From NCBI RefSeq assembly GCF_006345805.1, contig NC_043020.1, positions 13,578,001 to 13,642,000 on the forward strand: a stretch of 64,000 nt of DNA. Reading direction: 5' to 3'. Within the stretch, counting starts at the first letter, position 1. Every line of letters starts with the position of its first letter. Below, in pieces: positions 48,893 to 62,407 of this stretch. Below the pieces are notes generated by a model, which searched no databases, was not told the DNA's origin, and saw only the letters and a list, made by a program, of their open reading frames with translations. The DNA comes from Octopus sinensis. Its lineage: Eukaryota. Both the position numbers and the translations under genes were made by a program.

Positions 48893-51182
48893 AAATATAT
48901 ATAATATGTTGAGCTTCTTTCATTTTCTGTTTTTTTGTTACCCTCAAGGTGCTAAACATAGAGGGGATAAACAAGGACAGACAAACAGATTAAGTTGATT
49001 ACATTGACTTCAGTGTGTAACTGGTACTTATTTAATCGACCCCGAAAGGATGAAAGGCAAAGTCAACCTCGGCGGAATTTGAACTCAGAACATAACGGCA
49101 GATGAAATACGGCTATGCATTTCGCCCGGCGTGCTAACGTTTCTGCCAGCCTGCCGCCTTTCGGTTTCTGTCTACCACTCACAAGGCTTTGGTTGGCCCG
49201 AGGCTATAGTAGTAGACACTTGCCCAAGGTGTCACGCTATGAGACTGAACCCAGGACCATGTGGTTGGGAAGCAAGATTCTTACCAGACAGCTACACCTG
49301 TGTCTATATTTTGTTCATCTTTTTTTCTTTCTCTTGCATGGATTTGCAAAAATAATTCCAAGGTCTCCTGTAATCTTTCAGAAGTGTTGGTATGTATTCA
49401 GTGAATGTCACAATTATTTTGTTAAATAATTTTATTCCATGTGTGTTATATACACACACATATACACACATAGTACCGAAGTTGTCTGTTGTCTGTGATG
49501 AAAAAAAAAAAAAAAAAAACTTCAAATTCGCTCACTTAAACTATCATATATCTTCCATAATAACAGTAACTCTTAATAATGACTTTCCCCTCTCAACTCT
49601 GTGATTCTGGTCCTTGTGACTTTCTTCTCTGCCTGATAATCTGATGCCATTCAATCTCTTCAGGAAATTTCATAGCCCAAGCGCCATTGGAATTCCACTG
49701 TGATGTACGGTGACAGTACCACCCACCTCCAATCGCCACTGTCATCATCACCACCACCCACTTCTACTGTTGCCCACCCAACCACCCACTGACCTCCACC
49801 CATCAGTGCCTCCACACACCCCACACCCCCACCCCACCCACCCGATCCAAACTGGGTCGGGGGATGGGGGGTTGTAAAGTATTCCGTGTGATTAGGTGTG
49901 AGAGTTCGGTTGTTATGAATGTACTAACAGCACCCCCTGAGCCATCACCACTACCACCACCACCACAAGAGCTAGCTGTAACCCCCCCCGCTTACCCCCA
50001 CCCCCAAAACTGCTACCCCCTGTTTATCTTCTCACTGACAGCTGCTCGACCACGACCACTTCTACCCATCTTCCATCTACCCCTAATTCAACACAAGGTC
50101 TACTTTTAGTGGCTCTCTTCTCCCCCCCCTCCTTCACTGACAAAGGCCAACCATTGACAAGGAGTAAAAAATTTGTAATTTAGTCATCATTGAGTATCTA
50201 CTGACTGTAGCTTGTTAGGTAACATCAAACTATATTAACTCATATTGGTGGCGCTCTTGCCCTTAATTTCGCTTGTCTTTCCTAACTTCCCAGAGGGTGT
50301 CATTGTGCTTTGATGAAGGGGATAAAATAATTTAACATATGTTTAACATTACATTTCTTCATTTTAGTACTAAAACACAAGGAGTTTTTTTTTTATCTTT
50401 AATATTTTTCTCTCCTCCTCATCTTCTCTTTCTCCCATGATTCCACAGGAAATAAATTAAAAATGTTTATTTTTTCTCATTTATTTTTCCTTCGGTTTAT
50501 TTATATTCTTTCTTCTCTTCCCCCCTATTTTTTTTTTTTTTCTCAAAATTCAGTTTTAGGTTTTCCTGGGGAATTAAAACATGAAATCTACTTTTTGTAA
50601 ATTGTAACAATTTTTCTTGTCTATTTTGCTATGTTTTAGTTGGTGTCTCCAGCTTAAAAAAATGTTTTCTTCATCACTTCCCCCTGTAGACTCATTTATG
50701 AAGAAGGCCCAGTGGTGAGGGAGGTTGGCACTCATTGTTCCTGAGAATATGAAGAGGGAAAGTGGCTCAGTGGATAACAACTAAGACGAACCTTAATAAT
50801 AATAATAATAATAATAATAATCCTTTCTACTATAGACACAAGACCTGAAATCTTGGGGGAGGGCGATAGTCAATTTCATTGAACCCCAGTGTTTCACTGG
50901 TACTTAATTTATCGATCCCAAAAGGAGGAAAGGCAAAGCTGACCTCGGCAGAATCTAAACTTAGGATGTAAAGACAGACAAAATATCACTAAGCATTTCG
51001 CCCAGCATGCTAACGATTCTGCCAGTTCACTACCTTAACCCTTTAGTATTTAAACTGGCCATATCCGGCCAAAACAATATTTTATTCTAAGTTGCCACAG
51101 TTCACCTTAGTTGCCTGTAATATGCACCAGATAACATGAGAATGTTAACAGCAATATGCCAACCCTCTAAGAGAGTACGCAT

Positions 51183-51580
51183 TGGTAAGTAGCTTGTTTA
51201 CCAACTACATGGTTCCGGGTTCAGTCCCACTGCGTAGCACCTTGGGCAAGTGTCTTCTACTATAGCCTCAGACCGACCAAAGCCTTGTGAGTGGATTTGG
51301 TAGACGGAAACTGAAAGAAGCCCGTCGTATATATGTATATATATATATATGTATGTGTGTGTATATATTTGTGTGTCTGTATTTGTCCCATCCAACATCG
51401 CTTGACAACCGATGCTGGTGTGTTTATGTCCCCGTCACTTAGTGGTTCGGCAAAAGAGACCGATAGAATAAGTACTGGGCTTACAAAGAATAAGTCCCGG
51501 GGTCGAGTTTGCTCGATTAAAGGCGGTGCTCCAGCATGGCCGCAGTCAAATGACTGAAACAAGTAAAAGAGTAAAAGAGA
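51183..51580 (+). mobile_element. SINE family A (5' end clipped)
   Basis: Matches the other copies. Confidence 0.88.
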
Positions 51581-51719
51581 GTATTGCTCATCTGTTTCAA
51601 GGGTCAAACTGAATTCAGAAAGGTACTTTAAGGTAGGTTTAAGGGGCATTCACATTCATTGCTTAATATTGGTTTCAAATTTTGGCACAAGGCCAACAGT
51701 TACCCCAATGCTCAACTGG

Positions 51720-52545
51720 TACGTTCTGAGTTCAAATTCCGCCGAAGTCAACTTTGCCTTTTATCCTTTCGGGGTCGATAAATTAAGTACCAGTTATGCA
51801 CTGGGGTCGATATAATTGACTTAATCTGTTTGTCTGTCTTTCTTTGTCTTCTCTGTGTTTAACCCCTTGTAGATAGTAAAGAAACAGAGAGGACAAACAA
51901 GGACAGACAAATGGATTAAGTCGATTATATCGACCCCAGTGCATAACTGGTACTTATTTAATCGACCCCGAAAGGATGAAAGGCAAAGTCGACCTCGGCG
52001 GAATTTGAACTCAGAATGTAGCGGCAGACGAAATACCGTTAATCATTTTGCCCGGTGTGCTAATGATTCTGCCATCTCGCCACCTTAATAATAATAATAA
52101 TAATCCTTTCTACTATAGACACAAGACCTGAAATCATGGGGGATGGTGATAGTCAATTTCATTGAAACCCCAGTGTTTCACTGGTACTTAATTTATCAAT
52201 CTCAAAAGGAGGAAAGGCAAAGCTGACCTCGGCAGAATCTAAACTTAGGATGTTAAGACAGACAAAATATCACTAAGCATTTCGCCCAGCATGCTAACGA
52301 TTCTGCCAGTTCACTACCTTAATAATAATAATAATTTCATATTTTAGCACAAGGCCAGTAATTTTAGGAAGGGGCTAAGTTGATTACATCAACCCTAGTG
52401 ATCAACTGATACTTATTTTATCGACCCCAAAAGGATGAAAAGCAAAATCAACATCAGCAGAATTTGAACTCAGAATGTTAAAATGGTTGAAATGTCGCTA
52501 AGCATTTTGCCTGGCGTACTAACAATTCTGTCAGCTCGCTGCCCT
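51720..52545. mobile_element. Family-B SINE cluster including an inverted pair
   Basis: Plus copy at ~51720-51885 abuts a minus copy at ~51886-52086, followed by two more minus copies. Confidence 0.8.
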
Positions 52546-52585
52546 AATAATAATAATAATAATAATAATAGTAATTGTAATACTC

Positions 52586-52878
52586 TCTTTTGCCGAACCG
52601 CTAAGTAACGGGGACATAAACACACCAGCATCGGTTGTCAAGCAATGCTAGGGGGACAAACACAGACACACGAACACACACACACACAACATATATATAT
52701 ATATACATATATACGACGGGCTTCTTTCAGTTTCCGTCTACCAAATCCACTCACAAGGCTTTGGTCGGCCCGAGGCTATACTAGAAGACACTTGCCCAAG
52801 GTGTCATGCAGTGGGACTGAACCCGGAACCATGTAGCTGGTAAACAAGCTACTTACCACACAGCCACTCCTGCGCCTA
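52586..52878 (-). mobile_element. SINE family A (tail truncated)
   Basis: Matches the other copies. Confidence 0.85.
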
Positions 52879-53424
52879 TCAAAATTATTTACGTTTTACA
52901 TAATTACCATCCTGAATTTCAAAAAATTATCTGGTCTATTTACTATAACGGATTTTGTGTTTATCTCTGAAAGAGTTGGTGTTGGTAAAAAAAAACCTAA
53001 ATATCTGATGTAAGTTAAGTAAAAATGAGAATATGTGACTGTAGATGGAAGAAAATTATGTAATTAGGATATCCTACTAACCCTTGAAATGTGTGTGTGT
53101 GTGTGCGTGTGTGTGTGTGTGCATGTGTGTGTGTGAGTGTGCATGTGTGTGTGTGTGAGACATAGTCAGTTTAAATAAAATGAAGATACTTCTTTAATTG
53201 TTATAATTAATAGGACAATATTTTTTTACAAACGACTCGATTGACTCGGACTGTCATTACTCAGGGGGTGTCATGGGGAGTTGCATTTTTTAGGCTTTGG
53301 GCAAGTTTATTGACTGAGACTAACTACACAAAACACATATAGACATTTAAACACACATGTATAAGCACACATATATAAACACACTACATGCTATTATCAC
53401 ACACATATATATATATACATATCC

Positions 53425-53652
53425 GAACGTGGCCGATGCCAGACACCTCTGGCACCTGTGCAGGGGCACGTAAAAAACACCACTACACTCGCGGAGTGGT
53501 TGGCGTTAGGAAGGGCATCCAGCTGTAGAAACACTGCCACTAGACTGGAGCCTGGGGCAGTCCCGAGCTCCCCAGACCCCGGTCGAAACCGTCCAACCCG
53601 TGCTAGCGCGGAAAACGGACGTTAAACGATGATGATGATGATGATGATGATA
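53425..53652 (+). mobile_element. RTE 3'-UTR fragment, same young subtype as 8846-9067
   Basis: Shared diagnostic CCTGGGGCAGTCCCGAGCTCCCCAGACCCCGGTCGAAACC. Confidence 0.85.
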
Positions 53653-54024
53653 TACATGCATACATATAAAAACACACATGAATTTATCTTTCACTCACAT
53701 ATTAGATCTCACACTTACATGCATGGAAATGCTCATAAAGAAACATAGGCACAGCAGTGGCTGTGTGGTAAAATAGCTTGTTTACCAACCACATGGTTCT
53801 GGGTTCAGTCCCACTGCATGGCACCTTGGGTAAGTGTCTTCTACTATAGCCTCGGGCCGACCAAAGCCTTGTGAGTGGATTTGGTAGACGGAAACTGAAA
53901 GAAGTCCGTCGTATATATGTATATATATATATATATATATCTCCCTGCTTCCTTTTCCTGCGCCTATTATAATAATACTGTAATTGTTCCATTTGTTGTT
54001 TTTTGTTTCCCGTTTGGATTAAAT

Positions 54025-54059
<35 letters not shown>

Positions 54060-54239
54060 TTGTGTGTCTGTCACCTAACATCACATATGATACTACTACT
54101 ACTACTACTACTACACACCTCATATACTAGCACATGTACCTTAACAGCTGTCACTAAGACTGGACTGTGTCACCAACAACATGAACACTGGCATCTCTGT
54201 CACCACTACTGCTATGGCCAACGCTACCACCACTACCAT

Positions 54240-55040
54240 CAACGCGACCAACCACTACCTCCAACACCACCAACCACTACCTCCAACACTACCAACAACT
54301 ACCTCCAACACCACCACCACCACCTCCGACACCACCACCACCTCCGACACCACCACCACCTCCGACCCACCACCACCTCCGACACCACCACCACCACCTC
54401 CGACACCACCACCACCTCCGACACCACCACCACCTCAGACACCACCACCACCTCCGACACCACCACCACCTCCGACACCAACACCACCACCACCACCTCC
54501 GACACCACCACCACCTCCGACACCACCACCACCACCTCCGACACCACTACCACCACCTCTGACACTACCACCACCTCTGACACAACCACCACCTCCGACA
54601 CCACCACCACCACCTCCGACACCACCACCACCACCTCAGACACCAACACCACCACCACCACACCTCCGACACCAACACCACCACCACCACCACCACCTCC
54701 GACACCAACACCACCACCTCCGACACCACTACCACCACCTCTGACACTACCACCACCTCTGACACAACCACCACCTCTGACACTACCACCACCTCTGACA
54801 CAACCACCACCTCCGACACCACCACCACCACCACCTCCGACACCACCACCACCACCTCAGACACCACCACCACCACCACCACCTCCGACACCAACACCAC
54901 CACCCCACCACCACCTCCGACACCAACACCACCTCCGACACCACCACCACCTCTGACACCACCACCACCTCTGACACAACCACCACCACCACCACCTCCA
55001 ACACCACTATCACCACCTCCAACACCACCACCACCTCAGA
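54240..55040. repeat. (CAC)-rich minisatellite (CCTCCGACACCACCACCA variants)
   Basis: Direct reading; it produces TTTTSD and poly-P ORFs with frame switches. Confidence 0.9.
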
Positions 55041-57719
55041 CCCGAAAAGATGAAAGACAAAGTCAACCTCAGTGGAATTTGAACTCAGAACTCAGAATGT
55101 TGAGGCAGATGAAATGCTGCTAAGCAATTTGTCCTCTGTGCTAACCATTCTGCCACCTTGTCACCTTGGTAACAGCAATAAATAAGTTTGGTCGACAGAG
55201 GAAGGGAAGGGGGTTAAAAAAGCAGGATTGTGTGTGTGTGTGTTTGTGTGTTGCAGTTTGTGTATATTAAGTGCTTGTGGTGGTGGGTGGGAGGAAGGGA
55301 TGGGTTGACAGTTGGAGGAAAGGGACGGAGGAGGTGTATATGAGAAGGATAGAAAAGGAGCGTGAGGAGGAAAAAGAAGGAAGAGAAGAATGTAGTTGTG
55401 TGTGTGTGTGTGTGTGCGTGTGTGTGTGTGTGTGTGTGTAGGGTGTAAGTGTTGAGTGAGTGCAAAATGCATTTCAGTTTCTATCAGTGAATTTTGGTGG
55501 ATTAATTGTGAAGATTGAACCCCCCCCCCCCGCAAGTGTTGATTAATGATTGATGGTGCCAGCAGATAAATAATTAGTGTTCACTAATTTACGAAAGGTT
55601 AACGACTAACTCTAACATTGGATGAGATAGGTTTGTGTTGCGCAGTGGCAGCGGAGAGTGGTGAGGGGCGGGGCAGCCAGAATCGGTTTTTGAGGGCCTC
55701 AGTGAGGGCAGTTAATATTTGGGGGGACAAAACTAAGGGTTTGTTTTTGCAGGAAATTTTCCAGGCTCTGTACAATATTTTGTGGTATATGCCTCAGCTC
55801 TTTTTAGGTTCAGTTCAAATCTCCTTGCTTTGCATATTTTCATCATCATCATCATCATCATCAGCCAGAGGGTATTGCTGTCTCAAGTCCTAGGACTTAT
55901 AGGGATTATTGTGGCACCCCTGGTTATGACATGCTGCCATGGTCTAAGTTTCTTTATATTTGGAATTACTGCCCCTCCAAGTTAGATGGGAGAATCATGT
56001 CTTGCTTGTAGATTCCATTTTTGGAAAGGTTTCTATGGCTGGCTGTCCTTCCTAACACCAACCACTTTGCAGAGGGTACTGGGTATATTTTTTACTATGC
56101 CACTAGCTCTAGTGAGTTTGTCCTGTCCGCAAGAAGACTAAAGCGTCTTCACTACTAAACATTATCTATGCTCATTCACGGCAATGAGACCGAGTGGGTG
56201 GAAAGGAAACAGGCTGGTGTCAGAAGATGAATGAAGTTGAAAGAGAAGGAAGGAGTAATAGAAGAGAGGGAGAGACAGTTATAGCAGAGAGTAGTGGGAG
56301 AGAGACATTAATGGCAGCTTCATTTTCATTGGTGAAAGAGAAAGAGATGGATTGTTGTAGAGACGGGTGGTAAGAGAAAGTGACATTATCATCACTGTGT
56401 ATAAAAATATACCCAGTACTCTCTGTAAAGTGGTTGGCGTTAGGAAGGGCAGCCAGCCATAGAAACCTTTCCAAAAATGGAATCTGCAAGCAAGACATGA
56501 TTCTCCCATCTAACTTGGAGGAGGCAGTAATTCCAAATATAAAGAAACTTAAGCCATGGCAGCATGTCTAACCAATACCAGCAGGGGAAGCAGATGTGCA
56601 AAGGATGAGGATGATGGTGAGGAATAAAGAGGACAAGGTGGTCTTTTGTATTCTTGGGTGATAGGGTATGATTTGAGGCAGATCTGTCCGAGTGACCATA
56701 TTGGGGTTATCTCCCCTTTCCAACCTAGAGAATTATTATGGTGTTCTGTAAAGGGCTAATTATGATTTTGGCAGGACCCTTATTTTGCCACAACTAGCTT
56801 CAAGAAAAGTGCAGGACTTGTGTAATGACTTGGAAGAATTCTGCTGTCATTGACTTCTTGTCAGAAACAAAAATTTGTCCACCAAGCATAAGGTTGGAAA
56901 CTCAGTTCTTATATCCATGTTGTCAGAGACCAATGGTTGACTGAGTGTAGGAGGGGTTATGGAAGTGAGATTACCTACAGCTGACTACCCAGGCTAGTTT
57001 AAGAGTTATTTTCAGTGTTGGCTGTTTTCTGCATTATTAGAGGTAAGGAAAACTCGATGTTAATAAAAGCCTCACTGACTTAACTGAATATCTGATATCA
57101 TTGATTATTCTTAATTATTAATAATTGCCATCAGCACTCTCTCTCTCTCTCTGTCTAGCCATCTATCTGTTCAAAAGGCTTAGGAGTGCTTGGCTAATAA
57201 TGAAGGTCTTAATTTCTCATCTTCCTTTCTGCTTTAACCTTTTAGGACCGATTAGCTGAGAGATATTTAATATCTTAGCAGAGATACGGTTCCGGATGTA
57301 GGCTTTGCACCTAAATATCTTCCTCAACATAAACGGTAACTGTTAAAACAACTTACCGATTCTATTTCAAGTAAATTGGCTACTCCTGTTCATCTGGTTT
57401 TTGCATGAATCAAGATAATATCTATGACCTTTTTGGATTTAATACTTCTAAAGCCAAAATGTAATTTACCTGGAGAAGGAAAGAGGAAAAAAAAGGAGCG
57501 CCATAATTCCTACCTGCTGTGTGTAAATTGTTTCAAAGCCTTCCTCCATTATAGATATGTTGTACTGAGTTTCCAAGGTCATCTCTAGAGGATGTTAAAT
57601 AATCTGTAAGGGTCATACTTCAACTGATTAAAATAGAATTTAATCTTTGAAATATAAAATCTGTTTTAACATTAAGTGAGTTCTTAGCATTCCAAGGGTC
57701 AGATTGTATTCTAAACCAT

Positions 57720-58222
57720 GTGCTGTCTTAGGTTTATAAAACATGTCTTAATTGGACACAGCTAAGGTACATCATTAGTCATAACTAAGACATGTGTTAA
57801 TCAGTCACAACTAAGGCATGTCACTAGTCATAACTAAGACATGTCTTAATTGGTCACAACTAAAGCATGTGTTAATTGGTCGCAACTAAGGCAAGTCACT
57901 AGTTATAACTAAGACATGTCTTAATTGGTCACAACTAAGGCATGTCACTAGTCATAACTAAGACATGTCTTAATTGGTCACAACTAAGGCACGTCACTAG
58001 TCATAACTAAGACATGTCTTAATTGGTCACAACTAAGGCACGTCACTAGTCATAACTAAGACATCTCTTAATTGGTCACAACTAAGGCATCTCTTAATTG
58101 GTCACAAGTAAGGCACATCACTAGTCATAACTAAGACATGTCTTAATTGGTCACAACTAAGGCACATCACTAGTCATAACTAAGACATGTCTTAATTGCT
58201 CACAACTAAGTCACATCATTGG
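57720..58222. repeat. 49-bp minisatellite (26+23-bp subunits) x ~10, containing RRRCWWGYYY decamers
   Basis: ACTAAGACATGTCTTAATTGGTCACA-ACTAAGGCATGTCACTAGTCATA; period seen at 57908, 57957 and 58006. Confidence 0.9.
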
Positions 58223-58588
58223 TCATAATGTAGATGTGCTTCATTGTGCCTTGACAGGTATCTCTCTCTGTCGTTAATTTTACTCCATCTTCAATTTAAT
58301 ACTGTGCTCCTCTGTCAATGACACCAGTGTGATTGAGTGGTCTTCATGCTGAACATATTGGATGTTACGTTTTAGAGACTTCCACCCTCTAACGTCTAAT
58401 AGATAGGTTTTATCATTTATCATTTACTTGTTTCAGTCAGTAGACTGTGTCCATGCTGGGGCACTGCCTTGAATAATTTTAATCATAAAGCAACCCAAGT
58501 ACTTTTTTTTTCTTTTGCTGAACTACTAAATTATAAAATATTCTGAAATCTCTGCCTGTCTATCTATCTATTTATTTATCTGGCTATC

Positions 58589-58745
58589 AGGAGTGGCTGT
58601 GTGGTAAGTAGCTTGTTTACCAACCACATGGTTCCGGATTCAGTCCCACTGCGTGGCACCTTGGGCAAGTGTCTTCTACTATAGTCTCGGGCCAACCAAA
58701 GCCTTGTGAGTGGATTTGGTAGACGGAAACTGAAAGAAGCCCGTC

Positions 58746-58779
<34 letters not shown>

Positions 58780-59003
58780 GTGCGTGTATGTGTTCGTGTG
58801 TCTGTGTTTGTCCCCCTAGCATTGCTTGACAATCGATGTTGGTGTGTTTATGTCCCCGTCACTTAGCGGTTTGGCAAAAAGAGACCGATAGAATAAGTAC
58901 TGGGCTTACAAAGAATAAGTCCCGGGGTCGATTTGCTCGATTAAAGGCAGTGCTCCAGCATGGCCACGGTCAAATGACTGAAACAAGTAGAAGAGTAAAA
59001 AGA
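58589..59003 (+). mobile_element. SINE family A
   Basis: Full-length match. Confidence 0.9.
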
Positions 59004-59180
59004 GATCTGTTTATCTGTCCAGCGAGCAAGCTACACATGGTGCAGGAATGGTTGTGTCACCAACAAGTTTGCTTTGCGTTTAGATGATGTTTGTGCTCAA
59101 TTCCATTCACTTCTACCATCAAGTTAGGGCTTTTGCGTGATCCAAAGCTCTAACCGTAAAATGTGGAACCCTGAAACTAT

Positions 59181-59567
59181 TCTTCGGAAGCACTCCGTCG
59201 GTTACGACGATGAGGGTTCCGGTTGAGCTGAATCAACGGAACAGCCTGCTCGTGAAAGTAACGTGTAAGTGGCTGAGCACTCCACAGACACGTGTACCCT
59301 TAACATAGTTCTCGGGGATATTCAGCGTGACACAGAGAGTGACAAGGCCGGCCCTTTGAAATACAGGTACAACAGAAACAGGAAGTAAGAGTGAGAGAAA
59401 GTTGTGGTGAAAGAGTACAGCAGGGATCACCACCATTCCCTGCCGGAGCCTCGTGGAGCTTTAGGTGTTTTCGCTCAATAAACACTCACAACGCCCAGTC
59501 TGGGAATCGAAACCGCGATCCTATGACTGCGAGTCCGCTGCCCTAACCACTGGGCCATTGCGCCTCC
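59181..59567 (-). mobile_element. tRNA-derived SINE, family E, full length with 11-12-bp TSD
   Basis: Head GGAGGCGCAATGGCCCAGTGGTTAGGGCAGCGGACTCGCAGTC..GGTTTCGATTCC. CCTGAAACTAT occurs at 59170-59180 and 59568-59578. Confidence 0.85.
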
Positions 59568-60069
59568 CCTGAAACTATAACAAACCAGTGTGTGTGCCTT
59601 CATATTCATCATTTAACATAAGCATTCCATAGTGATATGGGTTGGATCTGATGTATTGTGGAACTGCATCCTGTACAGATTTTTATTTTAGCTTGGTCCC
59701 TATGACTGGATGTCCTTCCTTATGCCAACCACATTATGGTGGGACTGGGAGCTGTTTTCATCACATCAGCAGGAATGATGATCACCTCATGACTAGCAAT
59801 GCAAAGGGCTTAGAATGGTCCCCTATTACTGAGGGTGAAAAGAAGATATGAGTGTGCTGTGTATATAAGTGCGTTTGTATATGTGCATGTGTGTATGTAT
59901 ATATGTGTGCGTGTGCATGCATTAATGTTTGTTTTTAAGTTCAGTTGTAGTAAAAACAATTTCACATTAATCTGATGGGTTACTTTGTACTTTTGTAGAG
60001 TACAAATTTATAATTCTTAAACAAGAATGCTGTTGTCAGTGACTTCGAAGTTTTGGCCAGATAAGCCTA

Positions 60070-60259
60070 TTACATGTTTCTGCATGTGCATGCTTATATG
60101 TACATGTGTGCACTTACATGTAATTATGCATATGTGCATATGTATGTATGTATATATATATATATAAAAATATATATGTGTGTGTATGTGTGTATATATA
60201 TATCTGTGTGTGTGTATATATGTAAATGTATATACATATGTATATGTGTATATATGTAA

Positions 60260-60329
<70 letters not shown>

Positions 60330-60412
60330 GCATGTACTTATACATTTGTGTACATGTGCATGTATATATATATGTGTGTGTTCGTGTTAATATGTGTTCA
60401 TGTGTGCATATG
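60070..60412. repeat. Compound (TA)/(GT) microsatellite
   Basis: Direct reading. Confidence 0.9.
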
Positions 60413-60673
60413 TATCCCATTTCACCTCAGTGACACTATATTCACCTTAATTATGGCCTATTATCAGAACAGAAGGTTAGGGTGAGGGTGAAGGCCTATC
60501 AAAGTGCATCAAAAGCCAGCCAGCCGACCAACCAGCCAACTTGGCCATACCAATCACACATTTCCACTCAACAACTCAATGCAATGAAGTTCTTTTTTTT
60601 TTTTTTAAACTTTTAAATCAAACACCAGACTGCCTGACCTGTTATTGCCATTACTATTATTCTGATCATTATT

Positions 60674-60704
<31 letters not shown>

Positions 60705-60873
60705 TATTATTATTATTATCAAAATGCAACGATAATAAAAAGGAAAATAATCCTATAGGATTTCTATTTCCCCTCTTTATACTGTGCGATGTTTATACAT
60801 CTCTCTCTTTCCTCCCTTTCTCTCTCTCTCCCCCACTCTCACTCTTTCCCCTCCCTCCCTCTCTCTCTGTATG

Positions 60874-60906
<33 letters not shown>

Positions 60907-61092
60907 ATGCACATACATACACATGCAGACTTGTATTTACATCATCATCATCATCATCGTTTAGCGTCCGCTTTCCATGCTGGCATGGGTTGGACGGTGC
61001 AACTGGGGTCTGGGAAGCCAGAAGGCTGCACCAGACCCAGTCTAAAATTCTAAAATATCTAAAATTCACTTCACTGCTCTCAAAATTTAAGT

Positions 61093-61297
61093 AAGAAAAC
61101 AGGGAAAATAATCCAGAATCCTTGTCTAGTACTGGATCAATTCCAAAATCTAATCAGTTTGTGCCAGTCACAAAGTCAAACATCTCTGAAGGTTTCATCC
61201 AAATCCCTCCAGCAGTTCTTGGGATATCTTGTCCATGGACAAACAAACAAACAGGACTGAAAACAATACCTCCGACATTGCTAAGGCAGAGGTAATA
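61093..61297 (-). mobile_element. Second HINE/DINE-1-like element
   Basis: Reverse complement of 11013-11220. Confidence 0.5.
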
Positions 61298-61529
61298 ATA
61301 ATAATCCTTTCTATTATAGGCATAAGCCCTGAAATTTGGGGGAGGGGGACAGTTGATTACATCAACCCCAGTGTTTTACTGGTACTTGAGTTATCGACCC
61401 CGAAACGCTGAAAGGCAAAGTCAACCTCAACAGAATTTGAACACAGAACATAATGACAGACGAAATGCCTCTAAGCATTTCTCCCAGCATGCTAACGATT
61501 CTGTCAGCTTCCTGCCTTAATAATAATAA

Positions 61530-62075
61530 TCATCATCATCATCATCGTTTAACGTCCGTTTTCCATGCTAGCACGGGTTGGACGGTTCAACCGGGGTCTG
61601 GGAAGCCAGAAGGCTGCACCAGGCTCCGGTCTTATCTGGCAATGTTTCTACAGCTGGATGCCTTTCCTAACGCAACCACTCCGTGAGTGTAGTGGGAGCT
61701 TTTTACGTGCCACCAGCACAGGTGCCAGGGGAGGCTGGCAGCGGCCACGATCGGTTGGTGCTTTTTACGTGCCACCAGCACAGGTGCCAGGGGAGGCTGG
61801 CAGCGGCCACGATCGGTTGGTGCTTTTTACGTGCCACTGGCACGGGTGCCAGGGGAGGCTGGCAGCGGCCACAATCGGTTGGTGCTTTTTACGTGCCACT
61901 AGCACAGGTGCCAGGGGAGGCTGGCAGCGGCCATGATCGGTTGGTGCTTTTTACGTGCCACTGGCACAGGTGCCAGGGGAGGCTGGCAGTGGCCACGATC
62001 GGTTGGTGCTTTTTACGTGCCACCGGCACAGAAACCAGTCAAGGCAGTGCTGGCATCAGCCACGTTCGGATGAAT
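61530..62075 (-). mobile_element. RTE 3'-UTR fragment with a 62-bp unit expanded ~5.5 times
   Basis: GTGCTTTTTACGTGCC recurs at 61758, 61820, 61882, 61944 and 62006. Confidence 0.88.
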
Positions 62076-62113
62076 AATAATAATAATAATAATAATGAAG
62101 GTATATTGTTTGA

Positions 62114-62334
62114 CCCTTTAGCATTCAAAGCAGCCATATCTGGCCTAAATATTCTACATGTTTTATATTTAGACTGGCTAGATCTGGCCTCTCACACCTA
62201 TCCTACAATGTCATTCTAGAAATAAGCCATCACATTATAGAAATCTCTAAGCTGTGAGATGATGCATGATTGATTCAAAACAATGTAAAAAAATAGGCAT
62301 TTCATGGACAGAGTGATCAGAACGCTAAAAAGGG
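62114..62334. mobile_element. piggyBac-type MITE (~220 bp)
   Basis: TTGA|CCCTTTAGCATTC ... GAACGCTAAAAAGGG|TTAA; inverted relative to the 22674 copy. Confidence 0.7.
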
Positions 62335-62407
62335 TTAAAACAAACCATGGACGTTAGCATCTCTCAGAACAGGGTTGTCTGAAGACAACATGTCAGAAAG
62401 GAGGAAT

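Noticed and set aside
57720-58222. CRISPR-like appearance of regularly spaced repeats (also other arrays)
   Set aside because: Spacers are not unique, the context is eukaryotic and there are no cas genes.
6221-59087. Many recurring short ORFs (e.g. ...PKMPRSGTEPGTMWLVSK, ...[18 protein letters not shown])
   Set aside because: Chance translations of SINE family A and B copies.
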